From the NCBI GenBank assembly GCA_943357245.1, contig CALRGH010000001.1, positions 13,456 through 77,455 on the forward strand: a stretch of DNA of 64,000 bases, written 5' to 3'. Positions 1-9,567 of the stretch are shown here, piece by piece (positions within the stretch are counted from its first letter, which is position 1; each line of letters begins with the position of its first letter). The notes below the pieces were generated by a model, which searched no databases, was not told where the DNA came from, and saw only the letters and a program-made list of their open reading frames with translations. A program made the position numbers and the translations under genes. Source of the stretch: Candidatus Nomurabacteria bacterium. Its GTDB lineage: Bacteria; Patescibacteriota; Minisyncoccia; Phycocordibacterales; UBA9973.

Positions 1-400
1 ACGGATACATCGGCAAATCTTTATACGATTGTATGTATTGTTTCAACATGTTCGCATACGCTTCTTCATTCGTAAATGACAAGCCAATCTCTCCGCCATT
101 TTTTAATGCTGTTTTAAACCATACATCGACAACCTCGTCATCCCATCGATTTGATTTCTCCCATACTTCTTTATTTTGAAATGCCGTGGTTCTCATTTCC
201 ACACCACCAATCTGATTCATTTCTTCTCTGATGATAGTTTCTATCTTGTTTATCACCCGAAGTCCGAGTGGCAAAAACGAGTACACGCCGGCCATTTCTT
301 TATGAATAAAACCTCCTTTTATAAGGAGTTCTGCGTTCTTGGATATCTCGTCCGCAGGGCTTTCTTTTTGGGTCTTGGTGAACAATTGAGATTGCTTCAT
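1..400 (-). CDS. proS: Prolyl-tRNA synthetase, 5' part (runs off window start; absent from ORF track)
   Basis: Manual translation from ATG 400: MKQSQLFTKTQKESPADEISKNAELLIKGGFIHKEMAGVYSFLPLGLRV...NEE...SYKDLPMYP, typical ProRS N-terminus; open to position 1. Confidence 0.92.
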   Translation of the reverse strand, partial: MKQSQLFTKTQKESPADEISKNAELLIKGGFIHKEMAGVYSFLPLGLRVINKIETIIREEMNQIGGVEMRTTAFQNKEVWEKSNRWDDEVVDVWFKTALKNGGEIGLSFTNEEAYANMLKQYIQSYKDLPMYP

Positions 401-469
401 GTCCTTCATACTACTCTAAAAATGCTAATAAAAAAAGCCCTCCCTGTTTAGGAAAGGCTTCAATAAAAA

Positions 470-979
470 TCATTCAGCGGCGGGAATAAGTGTAATAAGA
501 GATTCAATGTATTTTAGGTAGATAGTTATTATTTCTTCCCATGTACCATGAGCCCCCATTTCAGGAATTTCCCCATAAAAAGCTTTTTCATTTTTATGCT
601 TATCAATTGGCATTATAAAAATAAGAGCTTTATCTTTCACAGATAAATTCATATACCCAAAACAATCTGGTGACTTCTCGTTTCCAAAAAATGAATCAAC
701 GGTTATTGGGAAACGAACATATAATAAATCATCTGTTTTTATCCTGTGTCCAACATGAACCTCTTCCATTTCTCTTGGTATTGGATCGTGCTGTATTTGT
801 AGTCGTAATATTTCAAAATGTTGCATCCTTTTTGCTGTTGCTCTTATAAACAAAAGAAACGGCCGTTCGATTATTTTTACCCAATTTTCAAGGTTTTGCT
901 TATTTTTTGCATCTTCTACCAATTCATCAAGTAACGGCTGAGGCGGTTGTGGGATTGTTGGAAATTTTTGTAGTTTCAT
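470..979 (-). CDS. Hypothetical protein (AT-rich orphan)
   Basis: 169-aa ORF, no recognised motif, imperfect hairpin downstream near 435-460. Confidence 0.6.
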   Translation of the reverse strand: MKLQKFPTIPQPPQPLLDELVEDAKNKQNLENWVKIIERPFLLFIRATAKRMQHFEILRLQIQHDPIPREMEEVHVGHRIKTDDLLYVRFPITVDSFFGNEKSPDCFGYMNLSVKDKALIFIMPIDKHKNEKAFYGEIPEMGAHGTWEEIITIYLKYIESLITLIPAAE

Positions 980-1037
980 AACTATTAAGTTTTTGATTTT
1001 TGTAAATAGTGCTTTATTTTACCTGTTTTGTCAATCC

Positions 1038-1066
1038 TTCCCATTTCCCCTATTTTCTGCTATATT
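1038..1066 (+). promoter_or_regulatory. Putative sigma70 promoter for rpsB-tsf
   Basis: TTCCCA-17 bp-TATATT with extended -10 TG. Confidence 0.5.
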
Positions 1067-1121
1067 TTGACTGTTCCGTGAAGGGGCTTTTTTAATCTAA
1101 ACGAGAGGAAAAGCACCTTTT

Positions 1122-1157
1122 ATCCGGAGGGTTTGGCGTAAGCCAAACCCTCCGGAT
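1122..1157. repeat. Perfect palindrome, 16-bp arms, TTTGGC-GTAA-GCCAAA core
   Basis: atccggagggtttggc gtaa gccaaaccctccggat. Confidence 0.95.
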
Positions 1158-1190
1158 GGGCTGGAATGCCCTACCAACGGATTAAAACAG

Positions 1191-1279
1191 TGTTTAGTGG
1201 CTAGCTTTTAGCTTCTAGACAAACAAGCCTAGACGAGTACGGAGTGGCACTAAAAGCTAACCCCTAAAAACTAGAAGCT
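1191..1279. repeat. Inverted pair of heptamer arrays in the rpsB leader
   Basis: tgtttag tggctag cttttag cttctag ... ctaaaag ctaaccc ctaaaaa ctagaag. Confidence 0.75.
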
Positions 1280-1307
1280 TGTCTTACTAATCTAATCACA
1301 TATTTAC

Positions 1308-1976
1308 ATGTCTACACACATTGAACCTATGTTTGAGGCAGGCGCACACTTGGGCTATACCAAGACTCGCCGCCATCCTAGTGTTGCGAAACACATCTTT
1401 ACGACCAAGAATAAAGTCGACATTATTGACCTTGATAAGACAAACGACCAGCTCGAAAAGGCTTGTGCGTTTTTGAAGGAATTGGCAACAGCCGGCAAAG
1501 CCGTGCTTTTTGTTGGTACCAAGCCTGAAGCGCGCAACCAAGTTCGCGATGCAGCTATGGCACTCGCACAACCTTACGTTGCAGAACGATGGGTTGGCGG
1601 TCTTTTGACCAATGGTCCGGAAATCAAGAAGCGCGTATCAAAGCTCGAAGACTATCGATCAAAGAAAGAAAAGAATGAATTCGATATGTACACCAAGAAA
1701 GAACGTCTCCTCATCGACAAAGAAATGGAAGACATGGAGCGGAATTTCTCTGGTATCGTTTCAATGAAGAAGCCGCCAGCAGCAATGCTTGTTATTGATC
1801 CTCGCAAAGAACACATCGCCGTTACTGAAGCACACAAGATGCACATTCCGGTTATTGCCCTCGGCAACACCGACTGCGATATGAGTACTATCGAATACCC
1901 TATCGTTGGTAACGATGGCGCACAGAAAAGCATTGCGTTTTTCTTGTCAGCGTTCAAAGATGCGTTCTCAATTTAA
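1308..1976 (+). CDS. rpsB: 30S ribosomal protein S2
   Basis: MFEAGAHLG, LFVGTK, RWVGGLLTN, DT-C-D / GND motifs; upstream of tsf. Confidence 0.97.
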   Translation: MSTHIEPMFEAGAHLGYTKTRRHPSVAKHIFTTKNKVDIIDLDKTNDQLEKACAFLKELATAGKAVLFVGTKPEARNQVRDAAMALAQPYVAERWVGGLLTNGPEIKKRVSKLEDYRSKKEKNEFDMYTKKERLLIDKEMEDMERNFSGIVSMKKPPAAMLVIDPRKEHIAVTEAHKMHIPVIALGNTDCDMSTIEYPIVGNDGAQKSIAFFLSAFKDAFSI

Positions 1977-2007
1977 TATTAGAAACTTTTAATTAAATCT
2001 GTTCATT

Positions 2008-2787
2008 ATGTCAACAATATCAATCGATCAAGTTAAAGAGCTCCGCGACCAAACTGGCGTTTCTATTATGCAATGCCGAAAAGCCCTCGAAGAAGCCGGC
2101 GGCGACATGGAAAAAGCAACGATCATCTTGAAAAAGAAATCAGGCGACATCGCAGCAAAGAAATCAGACCGCAGCGCACAAGACGGCATCATTGCGTTCA
2201 AACAAGCAGAAGGCAAAGCAGTAGCCGTAGTGCTTAACTGCGAAACAGACTTCGTTGCAAAGAATGATGAATTTATCGCGCTTGCAAATAAGATTGCGGA
2301 TATCGCGCTCGCAAGTGGCGAACAAGCAGCTCGCGACCAAGCAGTAACGTCTGTCAGTGAGCTCGTACAGAAGATTGGTGAAAATATCCAACTCGGCACT
2401 ATTACGATTGTCGAAGGTCCAGTTGTTGGTGGCTACATCCACAATCAGAAAGCAGGTGCGATTGTTGCCCTCTCTGCGGGAACTCCGGAACTTGCAAAAG
2501 ATGTCGCGATGCACGGCTCAGCAATGAAGCCTGCATTCGTCACAGGTGCTGATGTCCCCGCAGATGCTCGTGCAAAAGCGGAAGAACTCTTTAAAGAAGA
2601 AGTTGCTGCGTCCGGCAAGCCTGCGGATATTCAAGCAAAGATGCTCGAAGGAAAATTGAACACCTATTTCAAAGAACAAACACTCGTTGACCAGATGTTC
2701 ATCAAAGATCCAAGTCTCACGATTGATGCATATCTAAAGAAAAATGGAGCGTCCCTTGTTGCATACAAACCACTCAGTCTTATCTAA
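2008..2787 (+). CDS. tsf: Elongation factor Ts
   Basis: VKELRDQTGVSIMQCRKAL, NCETDFVAKN, KIGENI. Confidence 0.97.
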   Translation: MSTISIDQVKELRDQTGVSIMQCRKALEEAGGDMEKATIILKKKSGDIAAKKSDRSAQDGIIAFKQAEGKAVAVVLNCETDFVAKNDEFIALANKIADIALASGEQAARDQAVTSVSELVQKIGENIQLGTITIVEGPVVGGYIHNQKAGAIVALSAGTPELAKDVAMHGSAMKPAFVTGADVPADARAKAEELFKEEVAASGKPADIQAKMLEGKLNTYFKEQTLVDQMFIKDPSLTIDAYLKKNGASLVAYKPLSLI

Positions 2788-2815
2788 ACCCGCCTTTTTG
2801 TTGTAAACTAATCTT

Positions 2816-3232
2816 ATGTACATACTCATTATCATCTTTGTCGCCCTCCTCTTGGGTAACATCATATTCATCCTCTACAAGACGACACAGGTGCGCGAAT
2901 ATCGTGCGCACGTGTTGCGCCATGAGGATTATGGCGACAAAGATCATTGGGTGTTGCATCAAGCGCGCACCATGACAAAACATGGTCACGTAATCATCAA
3001 ACATCATGCAAGCAAGTTTGTTATCTTTTTGGCAAAAAAATGGATAGCACTTGTCCATAAAGTAAACAAATATATTCGCAATAGATATCCTGAAATTGCC
3101 TATTTGATTGGTGATAAGGCACATATCAAACAGTCGAAGGATGTGGAGGCGTCGGCGTTTATGGAATCGATGAAAAACAGCAAACAAGACGCCGGGGCGC
3201 ACCGCATCGACGATACGCTGGACATCAAGTAG
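2816..3232 (+). CDS. Hypothetical membrane-anchored protein
   Basis: N-terminal hydrophobic helix; TAAACT -10 box 6 nt upstream of ATG. Confidence 0.65.
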   Translation: MYILIIIFVALLLGNIIFILYKTTQVREYRAHVLRHEDYGDKDHWVLHQARTMTKHGHVIIKHHASKFVIFLAKKWIALVHKVNKYIRNRYPEIAYLIGDKAHIKQSKDVEASAFMESMKNSKQDAGAHRIDDTLDIK

Positions 3233-3294
3233 ATTTTTGGTATAGTAGGGAGACCTTAGGGTGACTTTAAGAAGCCTTAGTGGTGAAATATCGT

Positions 3295-3428
3295 GTTCAG
3301 AAATTTTTTCACGCTTCGCGTAAAAAAACTTTCTGAACCGAATTTTGTGGGTCAAAATTATGGCCGGAAATTTTTTCACGCTTCGCGTAAAAAAACTTTC
3401 CGACACGATTTTTGTGGGTCAAAAATCG
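3295..3428. repeat. Two tandem ~65-bp double-hairpin units upstream of tRNA-Thr
   Basis: gaaattttttcacgcttcgcgtaaaaaaactttc at 3300 and 3367, each followed by a ttttg-tgggt-caaaa hairpin. Confidence 0.9.
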
Positions 3429-3500
3429 CCGCCTTAGCTCAGTTGGTAGAGCTACACTTTTGTAAAGTGAGGGTCCCCAGTTCGAGTCTGGGAGGCGGCT
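3428..3500 (+). tRNA. tRNA-Thr (TGT), CCA not encoded
   Basis: Acceptor GCCGCCT/AGGCGGC, D-arm GCTC-AGTTGGTA-GAGC, anticodon loop TTTGTAA, T-arm CCCAG-TTCGAGT-CTGGG. Confidence 0.95.
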
Positions 3501-3510
3501 CCCGAAACAT

Positions 3511-3537
3511 ACAAAAGCCCCATTTAGGGGCTTTTGT
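3511..3537. terminator. Bidirectional intrinsic terminator
   Basis: acaaaagcccc attta ggggcttttgt between convergent tRNA and CDS. Confidence 0.8.
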
Positions 3538-3557
3538 GTTTAATCTATATGAATTAT

Positions 3558-4262
3558 TTACGGTAGTATCATGAAATAGTCGTCACTATTATCAGATGAA
3601 TCAAATGTTTCACTCATGCCTCCCTCTAAATAAAATTTATATTTTATATTAGAATTTCCAACATATGTTGGTTGAACAAGAACACTTTGACCATTTATAA
3701 ACTCATACGCATCACTTTGCATATTGCCACTTGAAGGAATTTTAACATCAAAACTACCATTATAACCATTACCAACATGTTGCTCTTGATAGTTTGATAG
3801 GTAATTATTATTGGAATTATTGTAAGAAAGATTTATTTTAATCCCATTCGGTCCGCCAGATGTAATATTCGAAGGATAATTGCCTTGCAAATCATACCTC
3901 TCAATTGCTATCCCTTCAAAATTTTGCAGCGGCATCGAAGCACATGATTTAAATTGAACGTGAATTGTATCTCCAAGATGATACGATTCTCCTCCGTTTG
4001 GTGAAGTTATTTGAAGTAATTTTTTGAAATTTGTTGAACAATTAAAAGACGTTGTTGCAGATGATTGAGGTTGTTGAGTTGCTGGAGGAGTTTGAGCGAA
4101 AGAATTATTATTTGTAGTTGGCGGAGTATAATTTAAATTATCTACTACTTCATTTTTCGGAGTAGAACTTTTTCCCGCAAAGTACACTACTCCGCCGACC
4201 GTCAAAACTCCGAGTATACTTAGTAAAACCACAAGTGCTACGAAACCTTTATTGTATTTCAT
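3558..4262 (-). CDS. Surface protein with pilin-like (KGF + hydrophobic) leader and Ser/Thr/Asn-rich beta domain
   Basis: MKYNKGFVALVVLLSILGVLTVGGVVYF; ITSPNGGE motif. Confidence 0.65.
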   Translation of the reverse strand: MKYNKGFVALVVLLSILGVLTVGGVVYFAGKSSTPKNEVVDNLNYTPPTTNNNSFAQTPPATQQPQSSATTSFNCSTNFKKLLQITSPNGGESYHLGDTIHVQFKSCASMPLQNFEGIAIERYDLQGNYPSNITSGGPNGIKINLSYNNSNNNYLSNYQEQHVGNGYNGSFDVKIPSSGNMQSDAYEFINGQSVLVQPTYVGNSNIKYKFYLEGGMSETFDSSDNSDDYFMILP

Positions 4263-4343
4263 GATAGTTAAATTCTAACTTATTTACATTCAATTTACTA
4301 ACCAATAAAAACTCCTCGCTATCATTTCTAAAGATTAGGTCTT

Positions 4344-5024
4344 CTATTGAGTTTTTGTTGTTGTTTTCACCGCAGCTTCTTGTTTTGCTTTTTCTTTTGC
4401 AAGTTCAGGAAGTAGTTTTGTGAAATCTTCTAAACTCTGAAATCCTTCATAAGTTACGCCAGAAAAGACGATTGTCGGAGTGGTATCCACTCGAAACATT
4501 TGCTTGAGTGTACGTACAATAGGTGAATCCAAACTTACATCAAACGTATACACTCTGAGATTCGGAAATTTTTCTACCAAACCAGAAAGCGCATACGATT
4601 GCTTTGTACAATCATCACATTCTTCGTTGTTATAAAAATACAATATCGGTTGCAAAATATGCTTACACTTTTTGGAAAGTTCTTGAATCAATAAATATTC
4701 TTTTGATTCAAGTAATGTGTAATACTTTTTAAGCTGAATAACATCATTATTTTCAGAACCTAACTGATTTTCCATATAAGCCACTCGTTCACCAAGAGTA
4801 CCAAGCTCCTGTGAAAGAAGTGTTTCTGCACTGACGGAGTCACAAGAAGATTCTTTGAGGAGCGCAAACCGTGCTTCTGTAGAGAGAAGGTCAAGTGAAA
4901 GCGAATCTTGCAATAAGCGTAGATTTTCTACTTTTCTCACATTCAGAAAAGAACTCAAAATAAAAGCACTTATAAAAAGGACTGCAGTAATACCAAAGAC
5001 AAGAATATATTTTCCAAATTTCAT
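4344..5024 (-). CDS. Membrane-anchored thioredoxin-fold protein
   Basis: N-terminal TM, YFY...CDDC, C-terminal TTPTIV cis-Pro-type loop. Confidence 0.7.
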   Translation of the reverse strand: MKFGKYILVFGITAVLFISAFILSSFLNVRKVENLRLLQDSLSLDLLSTEARFALLKESSCDSVSAETLLSQELGTLGERVAYMENQLGSENNDVIQLKKYYTLLESKEYLLIQELSKKCKHILQPILYFYNNEECDDCTKQSYALSGLVEKFPNLRVYTFDVSLDSPIVRTLKQMFRVDTTPTIVFSGVTYEGFQSLEDFTKLLPELAKEKAKQEAAVKTTTKTQ

Positions 5025-5046
5025 AAAATAATAAATTATCGGATAA

Positions 5047-6279
5047 TTAACGCCACGCCATCTGACGGGAGAACGCCACCTTATAAATCGCCTTCATGAT
5101 CCAGAATGGACTTACAACACTGTACACTACCACAAAGAGGATAAAGTTGTAAGAAAGGGGAAGTCGTTTTTCAACCATATAATAGCCAATCCCAATAGAA
5201 CAGAAGACAAGTGCGTATGCAAAAACAATGAGGAATATCGTTGGTGATCCGAAATAAAACAAATCAAAGTTCGGCGTAAAATACGTCGGGTGAAATCCTC
5301 CGAAATGAACCCGTGCGACAGCTTTAGTAATATACGAAATGATATTGTATATCGAGAAAAAGAATACGCCAATGACCGCAACAATAGAAATTATACTGGT
5401 CGGAAGTGTAAACCAAGAAAAATTTCCATGACTACCGAAAAGCATTTTTCGATAGTCAATAAGATTATTCAAAAACGCATAAATCCATCGTGTGCGCTGA
5501 CGAAAGAGCGTGCGGACGGTACGCGGAGGAATTGTGTACACGACGGCATCATGCACCTGATCGATCTTCATACGTGCCGCGTGCATACGAAATGCCATCT
5601 CCATATCTTCTCCTTGGTGACCGGGACGGAAATTGCCGATTTTTGCAAACACCTCACTGCGATAGAGCGGTAGCGTGCCAGGAGTAACATGAAGTCCATT
5701 AAGAATACTTAATATTTTTTTGAAAAAGACTGCCATTGTGTATTCTACTTTTTGTGCACGTTGAATCAGTGTCTCAGGATGTTCAAGTATCGCTGCCGGA
5801 ATGACTGCCATCACGGCAGGGTCAGTAAATCGCGGAAGCATTTTTTGAAATACATCCGGTTCGACACGTGAGTCAGCATCAAGACAAGCGACATACTCAC
5901 CTTTTATTTTTGTTAATCCAAGATTAAGTGCAGAAAATTTACCACCGTTTTCTTTGGTAAAAGCACAAATAGACGGATGCGTAATGTATTTTTGAACAAT
6001 CGCCCACGTACCATCAGTCGAACCATCATCGACAATGCAGATATCAAGTTTATCTTTTGGATAATCGAGTGCAAGCAGAGAAAGGATTGTCTTTTCGATA
6101 CCCTTCTCTTCATTCCAACATGGAATAATAATGCTTATAAGTGGAAAATGCGCGAGCCGCACAAGTATGTTTTTTACTATGATTGATTTGCGTTTCTCAA
6201 TAAACGTAAGGAGAAAGAAAATCTGAACATACATCGCAAGAAATATGACGACGTATATAAATATAAGTCCAGCTGACAT
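5047..6279 (-). CDS. Processive GT2 glycosyltransferase (cellulose/PNAG synthase-like)
   Basis: IIPCWNEE, DDGSTD, DADS, GED, QRTRW motifs; several TMs. Confidence 0.9.
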   Translation of the reverse strand: MSAGLIFIYVVIFLAMYVQIFFLLTFIEKRKSIIVKNILVRLAHFPLISIIIPCWNEEKGIEKTILSLLALDYPKDKLDICIVDDGSTDGTWAIVQKYITHPSICAFTKENGGKFSALNLGLTKIKGEYVACLDADSRVEPDVFQKMLPRFTDPAVMAVIPAAILEHPETLIQRAQKVEYTMAVFFKKILSILNGLHVTPGTLPLYRSEVFAKIGNFRPGHQGEDMEMAFRMHAARMKIDQVHDAVVYTIPPRTVRTLFRQRTRWIYAFLNNLIDYRKMLFGSHGNFSWFTLPTSIISIVAVIGVFFFSIYNIISYITKAVARVHFGGFHPTYFTPNFDLFYFGSPTIFLIVFAYALVFCSIGIGYYMVEKRLPLSYNFILFVVVYSVVSPFWIMKAIYKVAFSRQMAWR

Positions 6280-6343
6280 CTCTTAATTATAGCAGAAATT
6301 GGCGGATTTGCAACCCTAACTACCAAAATAGGAATAGTATTTT

Positions 6344-6392
6344 TGTGTCATCCCAGGACTGTCTGTTTTGAGACAGAACCAGGGATCCAGAC
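6344..6392 (+). repeat. Solo TGTGTCA-hairpin-TCCAG REP-like element
   Basis: tgtgtca tccc..ctgtct..agacag..ggga tccagac; same ends as the repeats flanking the GIY-YIG gene. Confidence 0.65.
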
Positions 6393-6404
6393 TTTTGTGT
6401 TCAT

Positions 6405-6510
6405 CTCCCCCTTATCATAGGGGGAGTGGCGAGTCATCGAGGCGAGGGGGTTAGCAATCTCCCACCCCTCCACCTCACAAAGACTCGGTACCTTTCCTTA
6501 CAGGAACAGT
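6405..6510. repeat. GC-rich REP-like hairpin with degenerate inverted partner
   Basis: ctccccct tatcat agggggag, then gagggggtt ... acccctcc. Confidence 0.5.
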
Positions 6511-6668
6511 ACACCTTTTGGCTCCCCTAGACTCGAGCTCAAAAGGTTCTGAAGTTGGGTCCCAGCCCAACTTCAGCCTCAGGTAGGAGAGGAAAAAGCA
6601 AAAGACATTAATTCGCATATTTGCATGTTGTGATATAATGAACAGACTTATTAAATAATAAAAATTCC

Positions 6669-7421
6669 ATGGAACACGAATCAACAAAAGATACGAAATT
6701 ATCAACACCGCAAGCAATTCTTATTGGCGCTGTCATTGTCGCAGCAGCAATTTTTCTTGTAAAAATGCCCGCACGACCAGCAACAACAAATACAGATCCA
6801 ACGACAACTGATACCACTAAAGGCCCAACTGCTGACAAGTACGCAAATATGATTTTGGCGACAAAAGCAAAAATCACCGTTCCAGAGGTTACGGCAACTG
6901 ATCACGTTCGTGGCGCATCAAATCCAAAAGTAACGATTATCGAATATTCTGATACTGAATGTCCATTCTGCCGAGTCTTCCATACAACCATGCAATCGGT
7001 CATGACAAAATACGATGGTAAGATCGCGTGGGTCTACCGCCACTACCCTATCGAAAGTCTGCACAAAAAAGCAATCAACGAATCCGCGGCAACAGAATGC
7101 GTTGCAAAGCTTGGTGGCGAAACAGCATTTTGGAATTATATTGATTTGCTCTATAAGACAACGCCATCAAATGATGGATTGGATGCTGCAAAATTGCCTG
7201 AAATGGCAAAAGCGGTCGGCGTCGATGTTGCAAAATTCAACACATGCTTGAGTGCAAAAGAAACACTTCCTACTATTACAAAGGCAATCTCTGATGCACA
7301 AGCGATCGGCATCAGCGGCACCCCACACAGCTTCATGCTCGTTGGTAATGACATGTACAAGATAGAAGGCGCAATGCCAATTGCATCCCTCACTGCGGCG
7401 ATTGACCAGATATTGAAGTAA
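6669..7421 (+). CDS. DsbA/BdbD-family disulfide oxidoreductase
   Basis: DHVRG, EYSDTECPFC, YRHYP, GISGTP; N-terminal TM. Confidence 0.92.
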   Translation: MEHESTKDTKLSTPQAILIGAVIVAAAIFLVKMPARPATTNTDPTTTDTTKGPTADKYANMILATKAKITVPEVTATDHVRGASNPKVTIIEYSDTECPFCRVFHTTMQSVMTKYDGKIAWVYRHYPIESLHKKAINESAATECVAKLGGETAFWNYIDLLYKTTPSNDGLDAAKLPEMAKAVGVDVAKFNTCLSAKETLPTITKAISDAQAIGISGTPHSFMLVGNDMYKIEGAMPIASLTAAIDQILK

Positions 7422-8195
7422 ATGGAAAATAATATTCCCCAAAAAATAAATTGGAAATCCTTAGCGACAGTTATAGGATTAGCTCTCGTACAAATATTTC
7501 TGCTTTTTTTGGGTTTCGTAGGTATATTCGTGAACGGATTGGACACATATGTTCCTTCAATGACATACGGAGGGTTTGCTTTTATTTTTTTCGCCTTGAT
7601 ACTACCCTTTTCTGCGTGGAAGGATATGAAGCGTTCAAAATCTCTATGGATGTTAAGTTTAAATTTCTTGATTGGTATAGGATTTATTCTATTTTTCTTT
7701 GCCGGACCAATCGTGTTACGTGAAATACGGTTATACAAGCTGAACAAAATAAACCTCCCCGAACAATCAGATTCGTCCATGCAATCACCAAATAATCTAG
7801 CATTAAAAACGGTAATCCTCGATGCAAAAACTGCATACGAAAAAATAGTTTCTGAAAGAGAAGACGTAACAATCACTGGTATAAATAATCAAATTCTCTC
7901 AACTGATAAAGATTTTTCTATTGCACTAACAGTATTCATTCCTCCAAATGAAACATTAGGACCTTCATATACTCCTAAGTTTATAGATTACTTAAATAAA
8001 AATATTATTGGACATCAATTTACTGTTATTGTGCCTGCTTTTGACACTAAGATGGACGATCAGGACGGTAATACTTATACTGAGTATGCTCTGTATAATT
8101 CCAATTATGGAACTCCTCACTGGGTATGCCAATGTGACTTATTGGTAAATAAAAAATCATTTGTCTCAGAGTTAGGAAAATCCATTCCCTACTAA
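7422..8195 (+). CDS. Hypothetical membrane protein (about 3 TM plus soluble domain)
   Basis: 257-aa AT-rich ORF abutting the DsbA gene. Confidence 0.65.
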   Translation: MENNIPQKINWKSLATVIGLALVQIFLLFLGFVGIFVNGLDTYVPSMTYGGFAFIFFALILPFSAWKDMKRSKSLWMLSLNFLIGIGFILFFFAGPIVLREIRLYKLNKINLPEQSDSSMQSPNNLALKTVILDAKTAYEKIVSEREDVTITGINNQILSTDKDFSIALTVFIPPNETLGPSYTPKFIDYLNKNIIGHQFTVIVPAFDTKMDDQDGNTYTEYALYNSNYGTPHWVCQCDLLVNKKSFVSELGKSIPY

Positions 8196-8196
8196 C

Positions 8197-8224
8197 ACAA
8201 AACCCGCCGTACGGCGGGTTTTGT
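8197..8224. terminator. Perfect 28-bp palindrome, bidirectional terminator
   Basis: acaaaacccgccgt acggcgggttttgt between convergent genes. Confidence 0.85.
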
Positions 8225-8226
8225 TA

Positions 8227-9561
8227 TTAATCAAAATAGTTACGAAGTCTTGAAATTTTCTCATTATTGCGCAATTTCTCATGCACTTTTGCCTCGATCT
8301 GACGAATACGTTCACGAGTGACACCGAATTCAGTACCTACTTCTTCAAGCGTATGCTGTACCCCATCAGTCAATCCATAGCGAAGTTCCAAAATTTTGCG
8401 TTCTTTCGGAGACAGTTCGGAAAGCACTTCTTTGATTTGATCTTGCAATATGCGGCGTGAAGATTCTTGGTCAGGGCGAAGGATTTTGTCATCCGCGATA
8501 AATTCTCCACGAGTAGATTTGTCTTCATCATCCCCGATTGGTTGTTCGAGTGATACGGTTTCTTGGTTGATGCTTTCAATGATGTGCACCTTCTCAACTT
8601 CAATACCCATTTCTGTTGCAATCTCTTCTGCGAGCGGTTCACGACCCAAATCTTGAGACAATCGGCGCATCACTTGTTTGTATTTTGAAATCGTTTCCAC
8701 CATGTGCACTGGAATACGGATCGTGCGAGATTGGTCTGCGAGTGCACGTGTGATTGATTGGCGAATCCACCACGTCGCATACGTTGAGAATTTAAATCCT
8801 TTCGTCCAGTCGAACTTTTCAACCGCTTTAAACAAACCCAAATTTCCTTCTTGAATAAGATCAAGGAGTGTCAAATCAGAAGAGCGTCCAACATATTTCT
8901 TCGCAATAGAAACCACAAGACGAAGGTTTGCACGCGCGAGCAAATTCTTTGCTTCCATATCACCTGCTTGAATTCGCTTTGCAAGATCTTTTTCTTCTTG
9001 CGCATGGATCAACGGAAATTGTCCAATCTCTTTCAAATAAATCTGGATAGAGTCATAACTCGCTGCATCTTTGGTGCCATATTTGCCGAATGCTTTCGTA
9101 TCATCTTTTGCAGGCACATCGATATCGAGCAAATTACCACCTTCGAGCACATCCACCCCTGCAGTTTGAAATTTATCATAGAGCCCATCCAAGAAAAGCA
9201 CGTTACTTTCGATATCTGGAAACATGCGCAAAATTTCATCATACGTGATGAAGCCACGGCGCTTCCCTTTCTCCACCAAATCCCCCGCTAGTTTATCCCA
9301 AAGCACTGCTCGTTTTTCGGAGACCGTAGCTCGTTTTTTGTCGCCACCTTTTTTGCTCCGCCAGCTGGCGGATTTTTTAGGAGCAGCTTTTTTTACCACT
9401 TTTTTCTTGGCTCCGCCAGCTGGCGGATTTTTTTTCACTACTTTTTTAATTTGCTTTTTTGCAGGCTTTTTAGCTACCTTTTTCTTGGCTCCGCCAGCTG
9501 GCGGATTTTTTTTCACTACTTTTTTCTTTTTTGCTTTTGGCTTTGATTTTTTTGATGACAT
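8227..9561 (-). CDS. rpoD: Primary sigma factor with Lys-rich N-terminal extension
   Basis: [60 protein letters not shown]; downstream of dnaG. Confidence 0.97.
   Translation of the reverse strand: MSSKKSKPKAKKKKVVKKNPPAGGAKKKVAKKPAKKQIKKVVKKNPPAGGAKKKVVKKAAPKKSASWRSKKGGDKKRATVSEKRAVLWDKLAGDLVEKGKRRGFITYDEILRMFPDIESNVLFLDGLYDKFQTAGVDVLEGGNLLDIDVPAKDDTKAFGKYGTKDAASYDSIQIYLKEIGQFPLIHAQEEKDLAKRIQAGDMEAKNLLARANLRLVVSIAKKYVGRSSDLTLLDLIQEGNLGLFKAVEKFDWTKGFKFSTYATWWIRQSITRALADQSRTIRIPVHMVETISKYKQVMRRLSQDLGREPLAEEIATEMGIEVEKVHIIESINQETVSLEQPIGDDEDKSTRGEFIADDKILRPDQESSRRILQDQIKEVLSELSPKERKILELRYGLTDGVQHTLEEVGTEFGVTRERIRQIEAKVHEKLRNNEKISRLRNYFD
9357..9505. repeat. Three copies of 16-bp palindrome TCCGCCAGCTGGCGGA inside rpoD
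   Basis: Copies at 9357-9372, 9412-9427, 9490-9505. Confidence 0.95.
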
Positions 9562-9567
9562 ATGGTA

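Noticed and set aside
280-310. Frameshift in proS
   Set aside because: On rechecking, the frame reads FIHKEMAGVY intact; the gene is missing from the track only because it has no stop in the window
3295-3428. CRISPR array
   Set aside because: Only two units, the intervening sequences are themselves similar, and no cas genes are present
7151-7876. Long antisense ORFs (241 aa here; also 36210-36890, 9896-10489)
   Set aside because: They overlap better-supported genes on the opposite strand and show no motifs
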